Of a DNA stretch of 64,000 nucleotides, positions 50,870 to 64,000 are shown piece after piece. Source of the stretch: Oopsacas minuta (lineage: Eukaryota; Animalia; Porifera); assembly GCA_024704765.1 (NCBI GenBank), contig JAKMXF010000002.1:62001-126000 (forward strand). The letters are read 5' to 3'. The stretch's first letter is position 1. Each line of letters opens with the position of its first letter. The notes beneath the pieces were generated by a model. It searched no databases and was not told the DNA's origin. It worked only from the letters and a program-made list of their open reading frames with translations. The position numbers and the translations under genes are program-made.

Positions 50870-52539
50870 TATTGGACTGAGTTCTTTGTACCAAATCAGA
50901 ATTTGGTTTGACATGAGATATATGAGAATGTTGTCCAATTATTTCGTTTATTTTAATTACTTAGCGAATAATGGATGCCTCTGAGTATTCGAAACTTCTG
51001 ACTTTTCTTTCATGCCGCAAATTGCCGAACAATATATGGACAGCTACAAAATTTGTGGGACACAATTTTAGACAATGTGCATAGGGTAATATGTACTTAC
51101 ACTGAAGATATGTGTTAAATGTTGTCATATATATTAAATCGACACTGTAGATTTCAAAAATGGCACCAGCTTTTTAGTTGCACTTCTGGAAATGGGACTA
51201 TGACTTAATCTGTGTATTTTGATATAATTCATAATTACGGTTCTAGGATAAATGATTTCGAAATTTATGAGTGCTTTATACCAGCCAGCCCTTTTTAATG
51301 ATAAACCAAATACAATGCGTATACTCATTTATGCATTGAATACTTCATAAAATGATACTAATGAATTAGAAATACAGTAGTTATTAAACGTATAACTAAA
51401 GTTAAAATAATTCTACAAATATATTTCCTCCAAATGTGTCTGTCCCATACACTTAATGTCAAGAAAATTATTAGCGGGCGCCTTTGGGGAGGTCCAGAAA
51501 ATATTTAAAATCAAATTTAGAATGATGTACTATGCGAAATTGTCAACTATTCAACTTGCAATTGTTTGCATTGTAAGACCGGGGACCTAAAAGCTAGGCT
51601 AAGGAGCTGAAATGTGGATAAAAAGAGACGACTAATAATGCTTGTGAATGAAAATTAAAGATTTTATTGGTTTTGCAAACGAGTTAAATTAATCACAAAA
51701 TGTATACGAATAAAGATAATGCCATTGCATTACTAATAATCCAGGAATGCTGGAATATCGCAAGGGTATTTGAAAAACATATTTGTGGTTATCAGGTTTT
51801 CAAATTTCAAATTTTAGCCTAAGTTTGAGCTTGTGGTTAGACATGTTAAATGTTCATTAAGTAACTAATAATAGCATATTTCTAGGTTTGAAATAGTGTA
51901 AAATCGAAATGCACACATAAACTTTGGTAAATAGCGAAGTCAAATTTTCCCCTAATACCGCATAGTTCAACACTGTGTTGAATTCGGATTTTAATAAAGA
52001 AACGAAACTTGGGAAGCGCAATTATTATCACTAAAGGACGTATTGATAGTTGGGGAAATAGTGTTTCGCAGTGCTCAAAGGAAGGCGTAGTCCGCGGTTT
52101 AAAATGAGTGAAGTTAGTAGCGCTCAAATCAGCGTGGGTTTTCAAAATTGTGGTGTACAAAGACAAAACAGGGAAATTGAATCCTGCAGTAACTTCCTTA
52201 AGGATTGAATAATTCTTGAAAATATCTTGCCATTGGTAGATAAAACTGATTATGTCAATAGTCACTTTTATATATTTGAAACAGAATATCAATAACACAC
52301 ATGGCAATATTAAATAGTCTTGATAAATTATTCAAATGTCTGGGTTTAAATATAAATAACTTATATGGCAGCGTCCGCCAATATTGCTAGTCCCCAACTC
52401 ACGAGATACCCAAGTAATCGCTGACTACATGCAGCACCAAGCAATAACTGCTAAAAAGTATCATCGGCAGTTGGGAGGGGAAACTAAATTAATATTTGCA
52501 TTTGACGTGATAAGAAAATTAACAAAAATGAATTAACTA

Positions 52540-54885
52540 CAGTAGAACTCGGTTAAGAAGTACTAGCTTGGGAAACAATAAAAAATATGTATTAACCGAG
52601 GTATGTCTTATCCGAGTACATAAATGTAAGGTACTAAAAAAGTACGACTTATCCGATGTACGTAGAAATTGTTATAAGTATTACTTATCAGTATAAAGTA
52701 TAAACGTTTGCGTGTATAAAGTGTAAACTATCTCCTACAATCTAATACGTATTTCATTTTGAGTAATATATACGATTATCAAAATAGGTTGCTTATTTCC
52801 TAGAGTAATATGAGAAAATGATTCGCACTAGCACTATAAGTACATAGCTTATTGGCTAGTTTAAAAATCGGAAAGTGAACTTTGCTTCACACTACAAGTA
52901 TAGATTAATCCTCCATCTCGTTAATAGCATTGAGAAGACAGCTTTTGGAATTACAGGTCACGTAGCGCTTTCCAATCTAAAGAGCATCACGATATTCTGA
53001 CAAGCTTAGGCACACAATAGTATTATCATCCTCATCATGTTCTATTACACATTGTTCTTCAGTAACGTCACCCTGAACCATTGCTGTATTTTCATTATCT
53101 GTAAGAATGCCAGAAATAGAGACGTCATTGTCAATAATAGCATATTCTTCAAATGAACCTTCAAATTAATTTCACGGCTCTTCAATTCCTCATATGTAAT
53201 ACTTTCAGGCACTTCTTCTGAGACAATTGATATTTCTACAGTATTTGATCCAAGACTAAAGCTACAAGGATGAAAGCAATTTTGAATGATCATGGCTGTT
53301 ACTTTATCCCATGAAACCTTCAGCCACTGCATAGCATCAAGAACTGTTATTAATCAGTTCTTCCTTCGTATCCATCGATGAAAGTAGCTTTCTTTACTAA
53401 TTGGTGTCGATAATGAACTTTCAGGGATTGTATAATGCCTTGATCACAAGGCTGTAACTTTGCAGTGGTGTTTGGTGGCAGAAATTTGATAGAAATGTTA
53501 GAAAGCTCAAGATTACGAGGGTGTGCGGGACAATTGTCTATTATGGGCAGGACAGAACGTTTCGTGGATACAATTTTCTATTCCACTTTTCGAGCGATGC
53601 CTGAAAGAAATTCCCGTCATCCAAGCTTTCGCATTAGAAATGTGTCTAGAGGTAACGATCTAATACCCGAAAACACCTTGGTGACTTAGATTTTCCAATG
53701 GCTAGAAGTGGAAGCTTTTCACAAACCAGGCTGGTCCCAACAAGCACTGTAAGAGGGTCCTTCTGTTTCTTACTACCACTGCACTTTTCTCCTTTGAAAG
53801 TCAACGTCCTCTCTGGCGTAACTTGTAAAAATAGCGCAGTTTCATCTGCGTTGTAGATATTTTCTGGTATATATTTCAAGAGCAAATCTGGCAGAGTCAA
53901 ATCCAGCCAAGGACGAATGTTCTCCTCTGAAACTGATTTCTCTTCACCAGAAATTTGTTTCATCTCTATAGAATGTCTTCTCTTCCACTTATCGATGAAA
54001 CCTGTAGTGGCTATAAAAGTTGAAACATTCATGGCATTAGCAAAGAACTGGGCCTTTTCCATCTGTATTTCCCGGGTATAGGAAAATTACAATTTCTTGC
54101 CTGCTTAAACCATTCTAGTAATGCTGTATCCACTTGGGTGAGATTCGATGATCGGATCAGCTTACAGTCAACACTAATTTCAGACGAGTTATAGCTACGT
54201 TTGAGAGTTTCCCTATTTTCCATATTGAATTCACCATTGACCTTGAGATATTTAGTCTTTTGCAGACGCTTGTTTGTGGTTCACCATTCTCTATCCTAGT
54301 AATAAGGTTTATCATTTGTTGAATGGTGAGAGATTTCTTTGAATTTGTAGCCATGATTAAAGCATCTATACGTACTGAAAATAATATTCTAAATTATCAG
54401 TATTATCATGCAAATTACTTTTGACATTTGGCTATGCCTATCCCTAAATGAGGATGTGTTTTTATAAATAAATAAGGTACGTATAAGGACATACGAATTG
54501 TATTTTTGTTAATCGAGTACGAATTAAACAAGTACGTCTTAACCGAGACGCAATAACCGAGTAATCTGAATCTCCGATTACTCACTAGTGCAAATTAGTA
54601 TACAATAACTAACGATAAGATAAAAATCATGTTATGGTTCGATTATTACAGGATATATACTGTATGTATCCGAGTATATTATTCTACTTTTGAGTATGAA
54701 TTAACCTAGTACGTCTTAACCAAGTACGATTCAATACATTTTGTCCTTTTGGGAAGAATAATTTAGTACATCTTATCCGATTGTACGTCTTAACCTATTA
54801 CGTCTTAAACGAATCATTTACAATGGATTAGATAGGAGAAAATTCCGGTTATTGGAGACGAGTACGTCTTAACCGAGTTCTACTG
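52540..54885 (-). mobile_element. Second pogo/Tigger family, full-length defective, 2,346 bp
   Basis: TA|CAGTAGAACTCGGTTAAGA ... TCTTAACCGAGTTCTACTG|TA. Multiple subterminal GTACGTCTTAACC repeats. Transposase pieces (NADETALF, IIDNCPAH, QPCDQGII) over 54354-52950 with frameshifts. Confidence 0.92.
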
Positions 54886-55181
54886 TAATTAATCATAGAT
54901 TGAATAAAACAAGAGGTGGAGTACCAAATGTAAAAGAAGCAGAAGAAATTCAAGAATTATTCAAATTCCAAATTATGTATACAGAATGATGGTACAATCT
55001 TTGTGTACGTTGTGTTCGTGTGTGTTTTAGTTGCTTGTGAATTAAATATATACAGAAGGAAATCAAGAACAATTAACACTAATAAAACATCACAAGAGAA
55101 AGAAAATAGTCACTGTGAACGTTTAGATCGAATTGTAATGTATAGACGTATAATTAGAGCATTAAGCACTACTCATTTATT

Positions 55182-55310
55182 GGAGCGTGCTCTAGCTCCC
55201 ACCTACCGGACTTCAAAAGGAGGGCGCTCCCACCTCCGCTCCTTCCTCAGAAAAGGAGAGCACAACGGCTCCGGGTCCATGAAAAATGGAGCGGGCTCCA
55301 ATCGCGCTCC
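55182..55310. repeat. GC-rich self-complementary GGAGCG/CGCTCC island (MITE remnant)
   Basis: Starts GGAGCG and ends CGCTCC, with internal copies of both motifs. Confidence 0.45.
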
Positions 55311-58300
55311 TTTTCATTATTTTAGATAATTATTCCATTTGTATTTCAAGTAATCAGGATTGAATTTAACCATTGTACATTCAGAAAATTTCTTAATGTA
55401 CAACGTCAAACTAATTCAAAAAATTATGAATTAGATAAAGAGGTCCCAGCATCCATTTTTTGTAGTAAGAATACTGAATTTCATGCAGAATAATGATGGA
55501 ATTAAGGAATTTTCGGAAATTTGTAACAATTGATATTTGTAGAATATGAAAATTTTGTAAGTAATGGACATTTTGTAATTTTGGTACATATTTAATTTAT
55601 GGACATTTGGTAATTTTTGGATATTTGTAATATATGGACAATTGGAATTCTCGACTCTTATATTTCCTTTATTATATCGATTTAAATCAAATTTATAGTC
55701 TAATGCTGTGGTAGTTTACCAAATACAGTCCCTTTTCAATCATGTCCAAATTTCCATTAAATTTCAAACTAGTAGTTTATAGCAGAAAGCAAAAACGAAT
55801 TCTATGCTATGTTTTTCCAAAGAAATTTGGACGAAATCGGCCAAAGACCGATTTTTCCTTTTAAACGGGCTAATTGGGGCCTTTTTGTTAAATTTGTCTC
55901 GAAATTGACAAAATTATCTCTTCATTGCGTTAGAATTGTATTCGAAACGTGTTGTTGAATTCGTCACTGAAACTGTGCTCATTGATAAAAGAAATTTTGA
56001 AAACCTAGGAATTACAACGGTATTTTTCCCAGTTTACGACAGTGAGATACTGTCCCTATTAAATTTGAATTGTTTCATCAAGTTTTGGCAGCCAATTTGG
56101 ATTTTACGTCAAAATCAAAAAATTTGTCATCGAATTTAGTTTCTACATTTCTAAATGGGTGAATTTTGATTGACGGTTTTCGATTTACATTCAACGAGGA
56201 TTTTTTCGAATAATTTAGATATGAGTAAGAGTTACTTTTCGATATGATTTCGGAAATAATTTTCCACAAAAGAGCTAGGCATGGCCAGATCTCTCTACTA
56301 TGGTAACGGAGAGAATGCGGACCAAGATGATTGCGTCATTATTCAAAATTTCTCCACTATGATCGATTACTGCCGAAGTGTTACGTTCCTAACCAAAAGG
56401 GACACAACAATTTTATCACTTCATTTCAACCAATTCTTGCAACCAAATCGAGTTATCAGCATCTTTAAAGACTAATTGTAGTCGTTTTTCTGTTAAAATA
56501 TTTTCTCATTCTGTCCTCTTTCAAATAATTTTTCCATCCCGATCTTAGTTTCTCTGTTACCGAAATTCTGATGCGTTAGGTTGCGTGTAATGCGTCAGGT
56601 TACATTTGAATGCTTGTTCAATGTAGCATTTTTATTTCAGATTGCCACGATTTGTCCCAAATTTAAATCTTGACTAATTTCAGGATCTAGGTTTGAATTT
56701 TTAATGAATTGTTTTATGCACGGAAAATATGTTTCTAAGTAAGGAATATAATTTAAACCCTCAATAATAGCATATTTCTGTGTAAGGGATCGCTTTGGAT
56801 GAATTAAAAAATTTCTTTTATAACAAACGGATTCACACCTTTCATGGGGTTATGACTAAATTATCCCCTTTTAAACCCCGAAATTACACATAATTGCCCA
56901 CATCTCGCCCAATATTTCAATAATCAGTTTATTATTTGGCTAGATATATGGAGCAAAGATTTGCATCGTTTATCAAAAGCTGAATGAAAATACTAACACA
57001 TCAGGTAAATATACATAATCGTAATTATAATAATTGAAAATATGCTATATTGAACATTTGATTCAACTCTACGAGGCCCTATATACTATTTTCTCATCAT
57101 CAAGATATATTTATTATATTGTATATATTTGGTATAATTAATAGATATATTTCGAAAAGAAACACCTACTATTCTGTTATAATAATTACACACTATTTAT
57201 ATGACGTGATAATTGATAAATATACGACCATACACAATTTATGATTAGGCTAATCGTTTTCTTAGGGCTTATACTATACACTCATAATACATTTAATGGG
57301 TCGAATAGACATGCCTACTATTCTGATTATAGTTTTACACAATTTTAAGATGACTCCATAAATAATAAACCTGGACCATATACAATTGTATCCAATAGAG
57401 TGCAAATGGGGCATTGTTCCCCCACTGAGATTTTGTAACATTGGTATATAAGTAGCTCAGGCCTATCCAGTCAACTCAGCTAAATTTGGGCACATGGGCT
57501 CCAGCCTTTTCGTCCTGATTAAGCGGGGTTCCAAAGAACCGGAGATTTTCTGATACTAAATAGTAGCATTTTTCTATTTTCTGTCGCAGAGTCCCCCAAA
57601 GCAAAATCACCACTCTATGGTCGAGGTAGACAAATCAAAATAAAACTTTGAAATTTCGGATATTTTAGTGCCTTTCGCGAATCTATGTTGATAAGAATAA
57701 CTATTAAATAGAAATTGATTTGGCCCAAATAATCCCAAATTTAACCCATAATTATCCTAAATTTGCATGCTAAGCTTGTTAGAATTCCCTAAATCAAGAG
57801 AAACTTCCTCTTTATTGAGTTACGAATTTTGTTCCACGGGAATATATTTAGGTGGCCGTTATGTACTAGTAACAGTTATACAAAGGTGGCCTATAAGGGA
57901 ATGATAGTGAATCTCTACGACAGATACAGAAACATTATAGAGAGTTAATATTGGAAACGGACCCAAGGCCTGTTTCCTCAATCACAAAGTACAATGAATG
58001 TGAAGTTAGCAGCGAAACAAATCGAACACACTTTAACAAGTCATAATTATGCAACTAGTAGATTGAACATATCATTACTAGCCTAGGAGGTTTTTGTCAT
58101 TATTATAGCAAATCATTCTGACACGATAATGAGAAACGGTGATGTTGCAGAAGTGGGAACTTTTGGCAAACTTGTTTTGTATAATCGAGCACACTTTAGC
58201 ACATTATAATCATGCAACCAATGCATGTTGACAGATTTCATTAGGAAAACATCAATCTAGCCTAGAAACATCTGTATATTTTGGTCGAATGATGAAAAAG

Positions 58301-58829
58301 GCAAATTTTGATCAAAGTTATACTAAAATGTCTTCAGTCGAACTTTGATCGAAAAATGAGAACTTGTATTTATCACATAAATATCACGAGTTAGATAATT
58401 TGGTTAACTAACCTGAGATTTGTTTTATCAATTCGGGAACTAGTGTTACATGCAAAATATCTGTGGCAGAAATCAGCCCAATAAAAGTTACGTCACCAAA
58501 AATTATTGATTGAACAACTAATATGTGTTGTACGTAATGAGTCTTCACTGAAAGAAGTATTAAACAACTTATGATAGAACACATATGGCGCATATACTAC
58601 TTCTACATTCTAATAGCATATGGGTAATGTAACTATAAAGTAATATTCGCTATCTAACTTTAGATAATATACCATCACTAAACTACAATATATTATCACA
58701 GTAACCTAATTCTAATGTTCAGTTAAAACTGACATGTCAAACGTTGGATTGACTTCGTTATTGGAAAATCTGCATCTTGCTCATTATAATAGAACGACAG
58801 ACTGGGCATCTATCACCGAGCGTAAATTC

Positions 58830-60100
58830 AGTTCACAATTTCCGCATACACTAGCATGTCCACAAGGTATGAAGACAAACGTTAAATCTCTACTGTTCAA
58901 ACAAATGATAGACGGTTCTTCACCATTGATTCTTCATTTCTCTGGTATTCAAGATCATATATTTTCAGTGTCTTTTCGAGACATTCCATAAATGCCCATA
59001 GGTTAGGCTTTTTTACACGGATGAGAGACTTTAAACCCCGATGATATACTTCAGAACAGTTATTAGTTGTTTGAATAGGATGGGATATTGATAAATCATT
59101 TCTGTTAATCCATTCTCTCTTTATGTAACTCTTAAGCCTTTGAAGATTAATAATCACATGATCATTCATATTTTGTAGATTAACTCCAGATAACAATCTA
59201 TAGACTGGTAGAATTTCTTCTTCAGGTAACATGGGAAGTACCATAACAGACCTAACCCATCCATTAAACTCAGAGTTCTTTGTTTACGAAGAAGTGAGAT
59301 GTAGCTTTGTTAGCCTTTTCCAAATAACTCTCGAAAAATGAAACAGGCATACTGATACTTCTATCGAATTGAAAGCTGTGCGAAATGAATTTCTTGATGC
59401 CCTTTCATAGTCACCTACAGCTAATTTTGGTTTGAAATCAGGCATAAATTCTGCTACCTTTGGCAGAACAGCACCATAGAGAGATTCTGATTTTTTGACA
59501 TTAAAATATGTACGGCTGGCAAAGCATGATGACCTTCTTGTAGGAAAATAGTGAACAACTGGTAAATTAATTTGTGGACAACAAAAAATGTTGCATCAAA
59601 ATTGATTGCATCAGTATTTTTCAGAGGTTCAAACATAAGATAAGACCAGAATACAGCTGCAAAGCCTTCTGATTAGATTATCATTGTTCGGAAAAAGTGG
59701 GGCTAATCGTGTTTGTTCGATCATTACTTCAAATTGTTCAGGCGTTAGAGGATTCCCTGGTAATTCAAGTTTTCTTCTTTTAACCATCGTATTTCGAACA
59801 CTGCGATAACTCACTAATGCACCTGCTTGATCCGTAGAAATCACACCATCAAAGATTTCCCTTAGATTTCCTGTTGACGATTCTGCAGCACGTTTGATTC
59901 TATTATTCAGAACTATTACACTGGATTCGTAGGCGACTTCATTGTGATTATGATCTTTTTTCGGTAAAAAAGATTAGTTGTGAGATCAATTCGCCCTGTA
60001 CCATGACATTCAATTTCTTTGCACCTCCACAAGGGTACACCTCAATTAAATGGATGTTGAAGACGAGGAGGACCGAATATATCGACAGCATTGACATTCA
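58830..60100 (-). pseudogene. MULE transposase remnant
   Basis: WRC...C...HNH (FLYWCH-like), NFDATFFVV..LIYQLFTI, DYEKASRN, CLFHFSRVIWKR and TTNNCSEVYHRGLK. Confidence 0.85.
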
Positions 60101-60793
60101 TAGTTAACAGAACCTATTTGTTTACCTTCAATAACACTATATTCCATTGATTGAGATGAATAAGAGCGATGCATAAAATATTCAAAGACAATACAGTTTA
60201 TGAAATCAGAACCATTGGAATTTCTAGATGTTAATACAATTTTAATGGTAAATTAAAAGTGGCACAGAAGTGGCAATCATGTCAGATCAAAACCGTATAC
60301 CAAGGTACAAATCTATAGGTCGCACAGACTCACACTGAACACTTTGATAATTTTCAGTTCTTAATCGTAAACAGTGTGGCCTGGAGAACGAAAACGGAAA
60401 CGCAAACAAGAGACAAAAAATACAAAACAAATAAGCACTGAGATCAATACAGAGCCTCATACTAAAGTATAGTCGGCACAGTAAAAACTGCAAAAAATAT
60501 AGCTGAACATCTAAGCCTATGGAATGATGTTTAAAGATGGGACACACACATTGAATCTAACACTAATTTGCGATCGGAATAATCTAACAATGAGTTCAAA
60601 GTGATGATTTCAGATCAAAATAGTACACATTAGATCGTATTAGTCGTTCAATCAATAATTTTGGTGACGTAACTTCTATTGGACTGATTTCAGCCACAGA
60701 TATTTTGCATGTACACTAGTTCTCGAATTGATAAAAAGAAATCTTACGTTAGTTAACTAAATTATATAACTCGTGATATTTATGTGGTAAATA

Positions 60794-63577
60794 CAGTGGC
60801 GTCGTGCTTGGAAATTTTCTGGGGGGGCACAGAGTCAATAATAAATCCCAAAAGAGTTATAAATATCATAATAAAAGTACTCGAACTCTCTTTGGTTCAA
60901 ACTATATTTCAAGTAATCTATGGAAAATACTATTATATTTGTAAATTAGTGTTCATATGTTCAGTACTGATATACACTATTTCCTGGGAGTATTCCAAAA
61001 TCTCTCGTGAATTTTCTCAAATGTTTTAGGGACTGAATTCATTCTGTTAGATTCAATGGACAATAACAGTAAATTACTTAACCTGTCTTCACACATCGTG
61101 CTACGTAATCGAGTCTTAATAAGCTTTAATTTTGAAAAAGAACGTTCACATGCGGAGGATGTCACTGGTAGTGTAAGAATCAACCTATATAGAATGTTCA
61201 AATTGGGATATAATTTGGCTATTCCTTCTTTGACCATATAAAGATAAAGTTTATGAATTCCAATTTTCCCGATATTGGATAATTCAATTGATTTCGCAAG
61301 AAGTTTGTATTCATATTCTATTAAATCTGCGTCGAAGTCGCCAATATAATAACTTGCTAGTACTCTTAAATCCTGTATATTTTCAGCTTTAGGAGGATTT
61401 AAGCATTCAATAGATTTGAGAAGAGGCATGGTTTCATGTGAGAATCTACTCTGAAGCGCTTCTTTAATCAACTCTATCACATCATTAAAGAATTGCTCTT
61501 TCATACGCTCTTTTCCAGTTAACACTATTGGTACATGGTGTTCACTATCATCCAACCTTGTAGGTACCTTCCTGTGACGTGGTTCACTATATGTGACGCC
61601 AATATTCTCAGCAATTTTTTCAGCTTGTAAATATAATTGATCAAAGTATGCTTCAGTTGTATATCCTTGTAATGTACTAATCAAAGATTCAATATGTAGA
61701 CTTGCTGATGATATGTTAAGATCTTCATTTTGAAGATATTTTGAAATGATATTACACAATTTGAGGATATCTGTAAAGGTAACTAAACATAGACAAAATT
61801 GGAAATCTATACATTTTGATAGAGAGAAAGCATCTGACGCCACACCAGAATCATATTTACCATCGCATATAAAGAATCTAGAACTTTTAGAAGAACACTA
61901 ATATTTTCAAGCAAAACTTGGCATGCCTCTGCACGGGAAGACCATCTAGTATCGCTTAGTGATTTAAGTGTACCTATTTTCTTCCCTTCACCCTGACTGG
62001 CATAGCATTTCATCTGAATATCTTAAATAACCCATGTCTCTTTGTGCTACCCTCAATAAATGCGTACAGCTTTTCCATTATTCCAAAGAAATTTCTAGTG
62101 ATCACATTGCGTTTACAAGTATCAATAATAACTAGGTTTAACCGATGCGCATAACAATGTACAAAATATGCTTTAGGGTTCTTTACTTTAATTAAATTTT
62201 GGACTCCATTATATCTACCAGCCATTGTTGCACATCCATCATAACCTTGACCACGTAATGATTCGATCAATAATCCGTGCTTACTGAAAACTTCAACAAT
62301 GGTTGTCACTAACCCTACAGCTGTACAATTCGCCACTTCAATCAAGTCAAGTAGAGATTCAATTATTTCACCATTTATATTGACATATCTTACTACAATA
62401 GATAACTGATCTTTCTTAGCTATATCTGGAGTAGTATCTAAACAAATTGAAAAAAAGTGAGCTATTTGAATATTTTCAATAATATCTTCCCTCAAGATTT
62501 CGGCACTATACTGAATCATTTCATTCTGAGAAGTAGGTGATAAATAACTGGGATAACCTTTTGGATTTGCTTGTCCTTTTTGTAGATGAATCATTAAAGG
62601 TGGGTGATAACGAGAAATAAGTTCGACAATTCCCTTGAAAACACCTTTATTCGCAAACACTTCTCCTTCATTATGACCACGAAAAGGCAAGTTCAATTGA
62701 GCTAATGTAATAACTACATCAATCAGGAGATAAACAATATCTTTTCTTGATTGCCTTTCTTTATTTGCAAGAGATAATGCTTTCTTCATATCTTCGCTGA
62801 TGAGGACATCTACTGGAGTTTCATGTAAATAACTAGTCCATTTTCCATGCACATGGAATGATTTTCACTTTTTGAATGTTTATCGAATCCCCTATTTTTC
62901 TCTAACGTATGTGGCCACTGTCTAAAACCATCTTCCACAAATGTTCTATCATATTTATTTAATGCAGAACCGAAAACACGACAGGGAAAGCACAAAGCCG
63001 AATCATTATACTTATTATACTCCAACCAGGGTCTTGAAATATACCAGTTTGCCTGAAAAGCCCTCATTTTCCCATGAAATAATGTCTGAGGGTATGAGTT
63101 ATTTGGTAGTTTCAGTCGTATAGGTCCATATTTGATGTATTCAGCACGAAGTAATCTGTCTACTGGAATTACAAATTCTTGTCCCATAGCATCGTTCAAC
63201 AACGATGCATTCACAAACGAAGTCTCAGATTCTATAGAACTATTAGTGACTACTACATCTGTAGAAGTATCACTTGATTGAATAATTGGAGGAGAACATG
63301 GTGACAAAGGGTGAAAATATTTATCCAAATTCATTGACGAACAAAAGATAATAACTATATACGAAAGTTAGGAAAAAGAATCAAATAATGTTCTAAATTG
63401 ATATATAAAACAAAAAATTAAGGGTTGGCCTATGTACATGATGTAACTATCAGTAGTATGCATCAAGACCAAAAGCGAAAAGCATTAGTCAATTCGGAGA
63501 AATAAACTATCTGGAGGCGGCTCATGAAATTTGGGGGGGCCCTGGCCCCCCCGGGCCCATAGAGCACGACGCCACTG
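60794..63577 (-). mobile_element. hAT (ZMYM1-like) transposon, full length 2,784 bp
   Basis: Perfect 15-bp TIRs CAGTGGCGTCGTGCT and perfect 8-bp TSD GGTAAATA. Confidence 0.95.
60977..63334 (-). pseudogene. hAT transposase, three frameshifts
   Basis: Overlapping ORFs 63334-62810, 62852-62010, 62013-61807 and 61843-60977 carry WLEY..ALCFPC, ICLDTTPD, QGYDGCATM, HCYAHRLNL, DTRWSSR and SACERSFS. Confidence 0.92.
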
Positions 63578-64000
63578 GGTAAATACAAGTACTCATTTTT
63601 TCGATCAAAGTTCGACTGAAGATATTGTAGTAGAACTTTGATCAAAGATTTGCTTTTTCATCATTCCATCAGAGTTTACATAAGAAAATTTGATCAAAGT
63701 TCTACAAAAAATTCGATCAAAATTTACAGATTCGCCTAGAATCTTGAAATAGTAAATACTGTTCTTTTGCTCCAATCTTTTCTAAGCATTTATCTGAACT
63801 GCTCTTGGTGAACTCTTCAATACAGGATTGAACTTCAAGGGGGGGGCTAGCAGCGAGCAAAGCGAGCGACGGTAAGGAGGGGCTTGGAGACTTCCCCCAG
63901 AAAAATTCTTAAACGGTCAAATATCAATGTTTTGTGCTGTTCACATATATCCAATAATTTTAACTAACTTTAATCCATGAATTCTGGTAAAGAATACTCA

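Larger units (their letters stand above)
58258..63735 (-). mobile_element. MULE (FLYWCH-MULE) element with ~300-bp TIRs; right TIR split by a hAT insertion
   Basis: 58258-58580 is the inverse of 60620-60793 plus 63578-63735. Encloses a MULE transposase remnant. No clear TSD. Confidence 0.75.

Noticed and set aside
56281-56520. Possible transposase C-terminal remnant (KGTQQFYHFIST)
   Set aside because: Too short and interrupted to assign to a family.
57440-57545. SINE-core-like remnant (CCAGTCAACTCAGC)
   Set aside because: Only a short motif; no Pol III A/B boxes or tail could be identified.

Overview
This is AT-rich eukaryotic DNA, most likely from an invertebrate animal (inferred from the transposon families and the ROMO1 gene; the species cannot be determined). 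It is dominated by nested and mostly broken transposable elements: hAT, mariner DD34D, Tc1 DD34E, rosa DD41D, pogo/Tigger, Chapaev3, MULE, a Kolobok-type fragment, a Transib/RAG1-like fragment, a CR1/L2-type LINE and many MITEs. Only two intact host-type ORFs were found: ROMO1/Mgr2 (33768-33992, +) and an intronless 517-aa Ser/Pro-rich orphan (21745-20192, -). Main results: (1) The orphan lies inside an 8,046-bp block bounded by hAT ends and an 8-bp target-site duplication. The block splits a LINE mid-frame, so it looks like a gene-carrying hAT macro-transposon. (2) A decayed RAG1/Transib-like transposase has a C-terminal CxxC-x3-GH-x5-C motif resembling the ProtoRAG C-terminal tail. (3) A 1.3-kb inversion with TCTT microhomology cut a hAT transposase in two, inside a foldback element with ~950-bp inverted repeats. 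(4) Two independent hAT insertions hit nearly the same site of one MULE TIR family. No rRNA, tRNA or CRISPR features were found. All alignments and translations outside the ORF track were done by eye.
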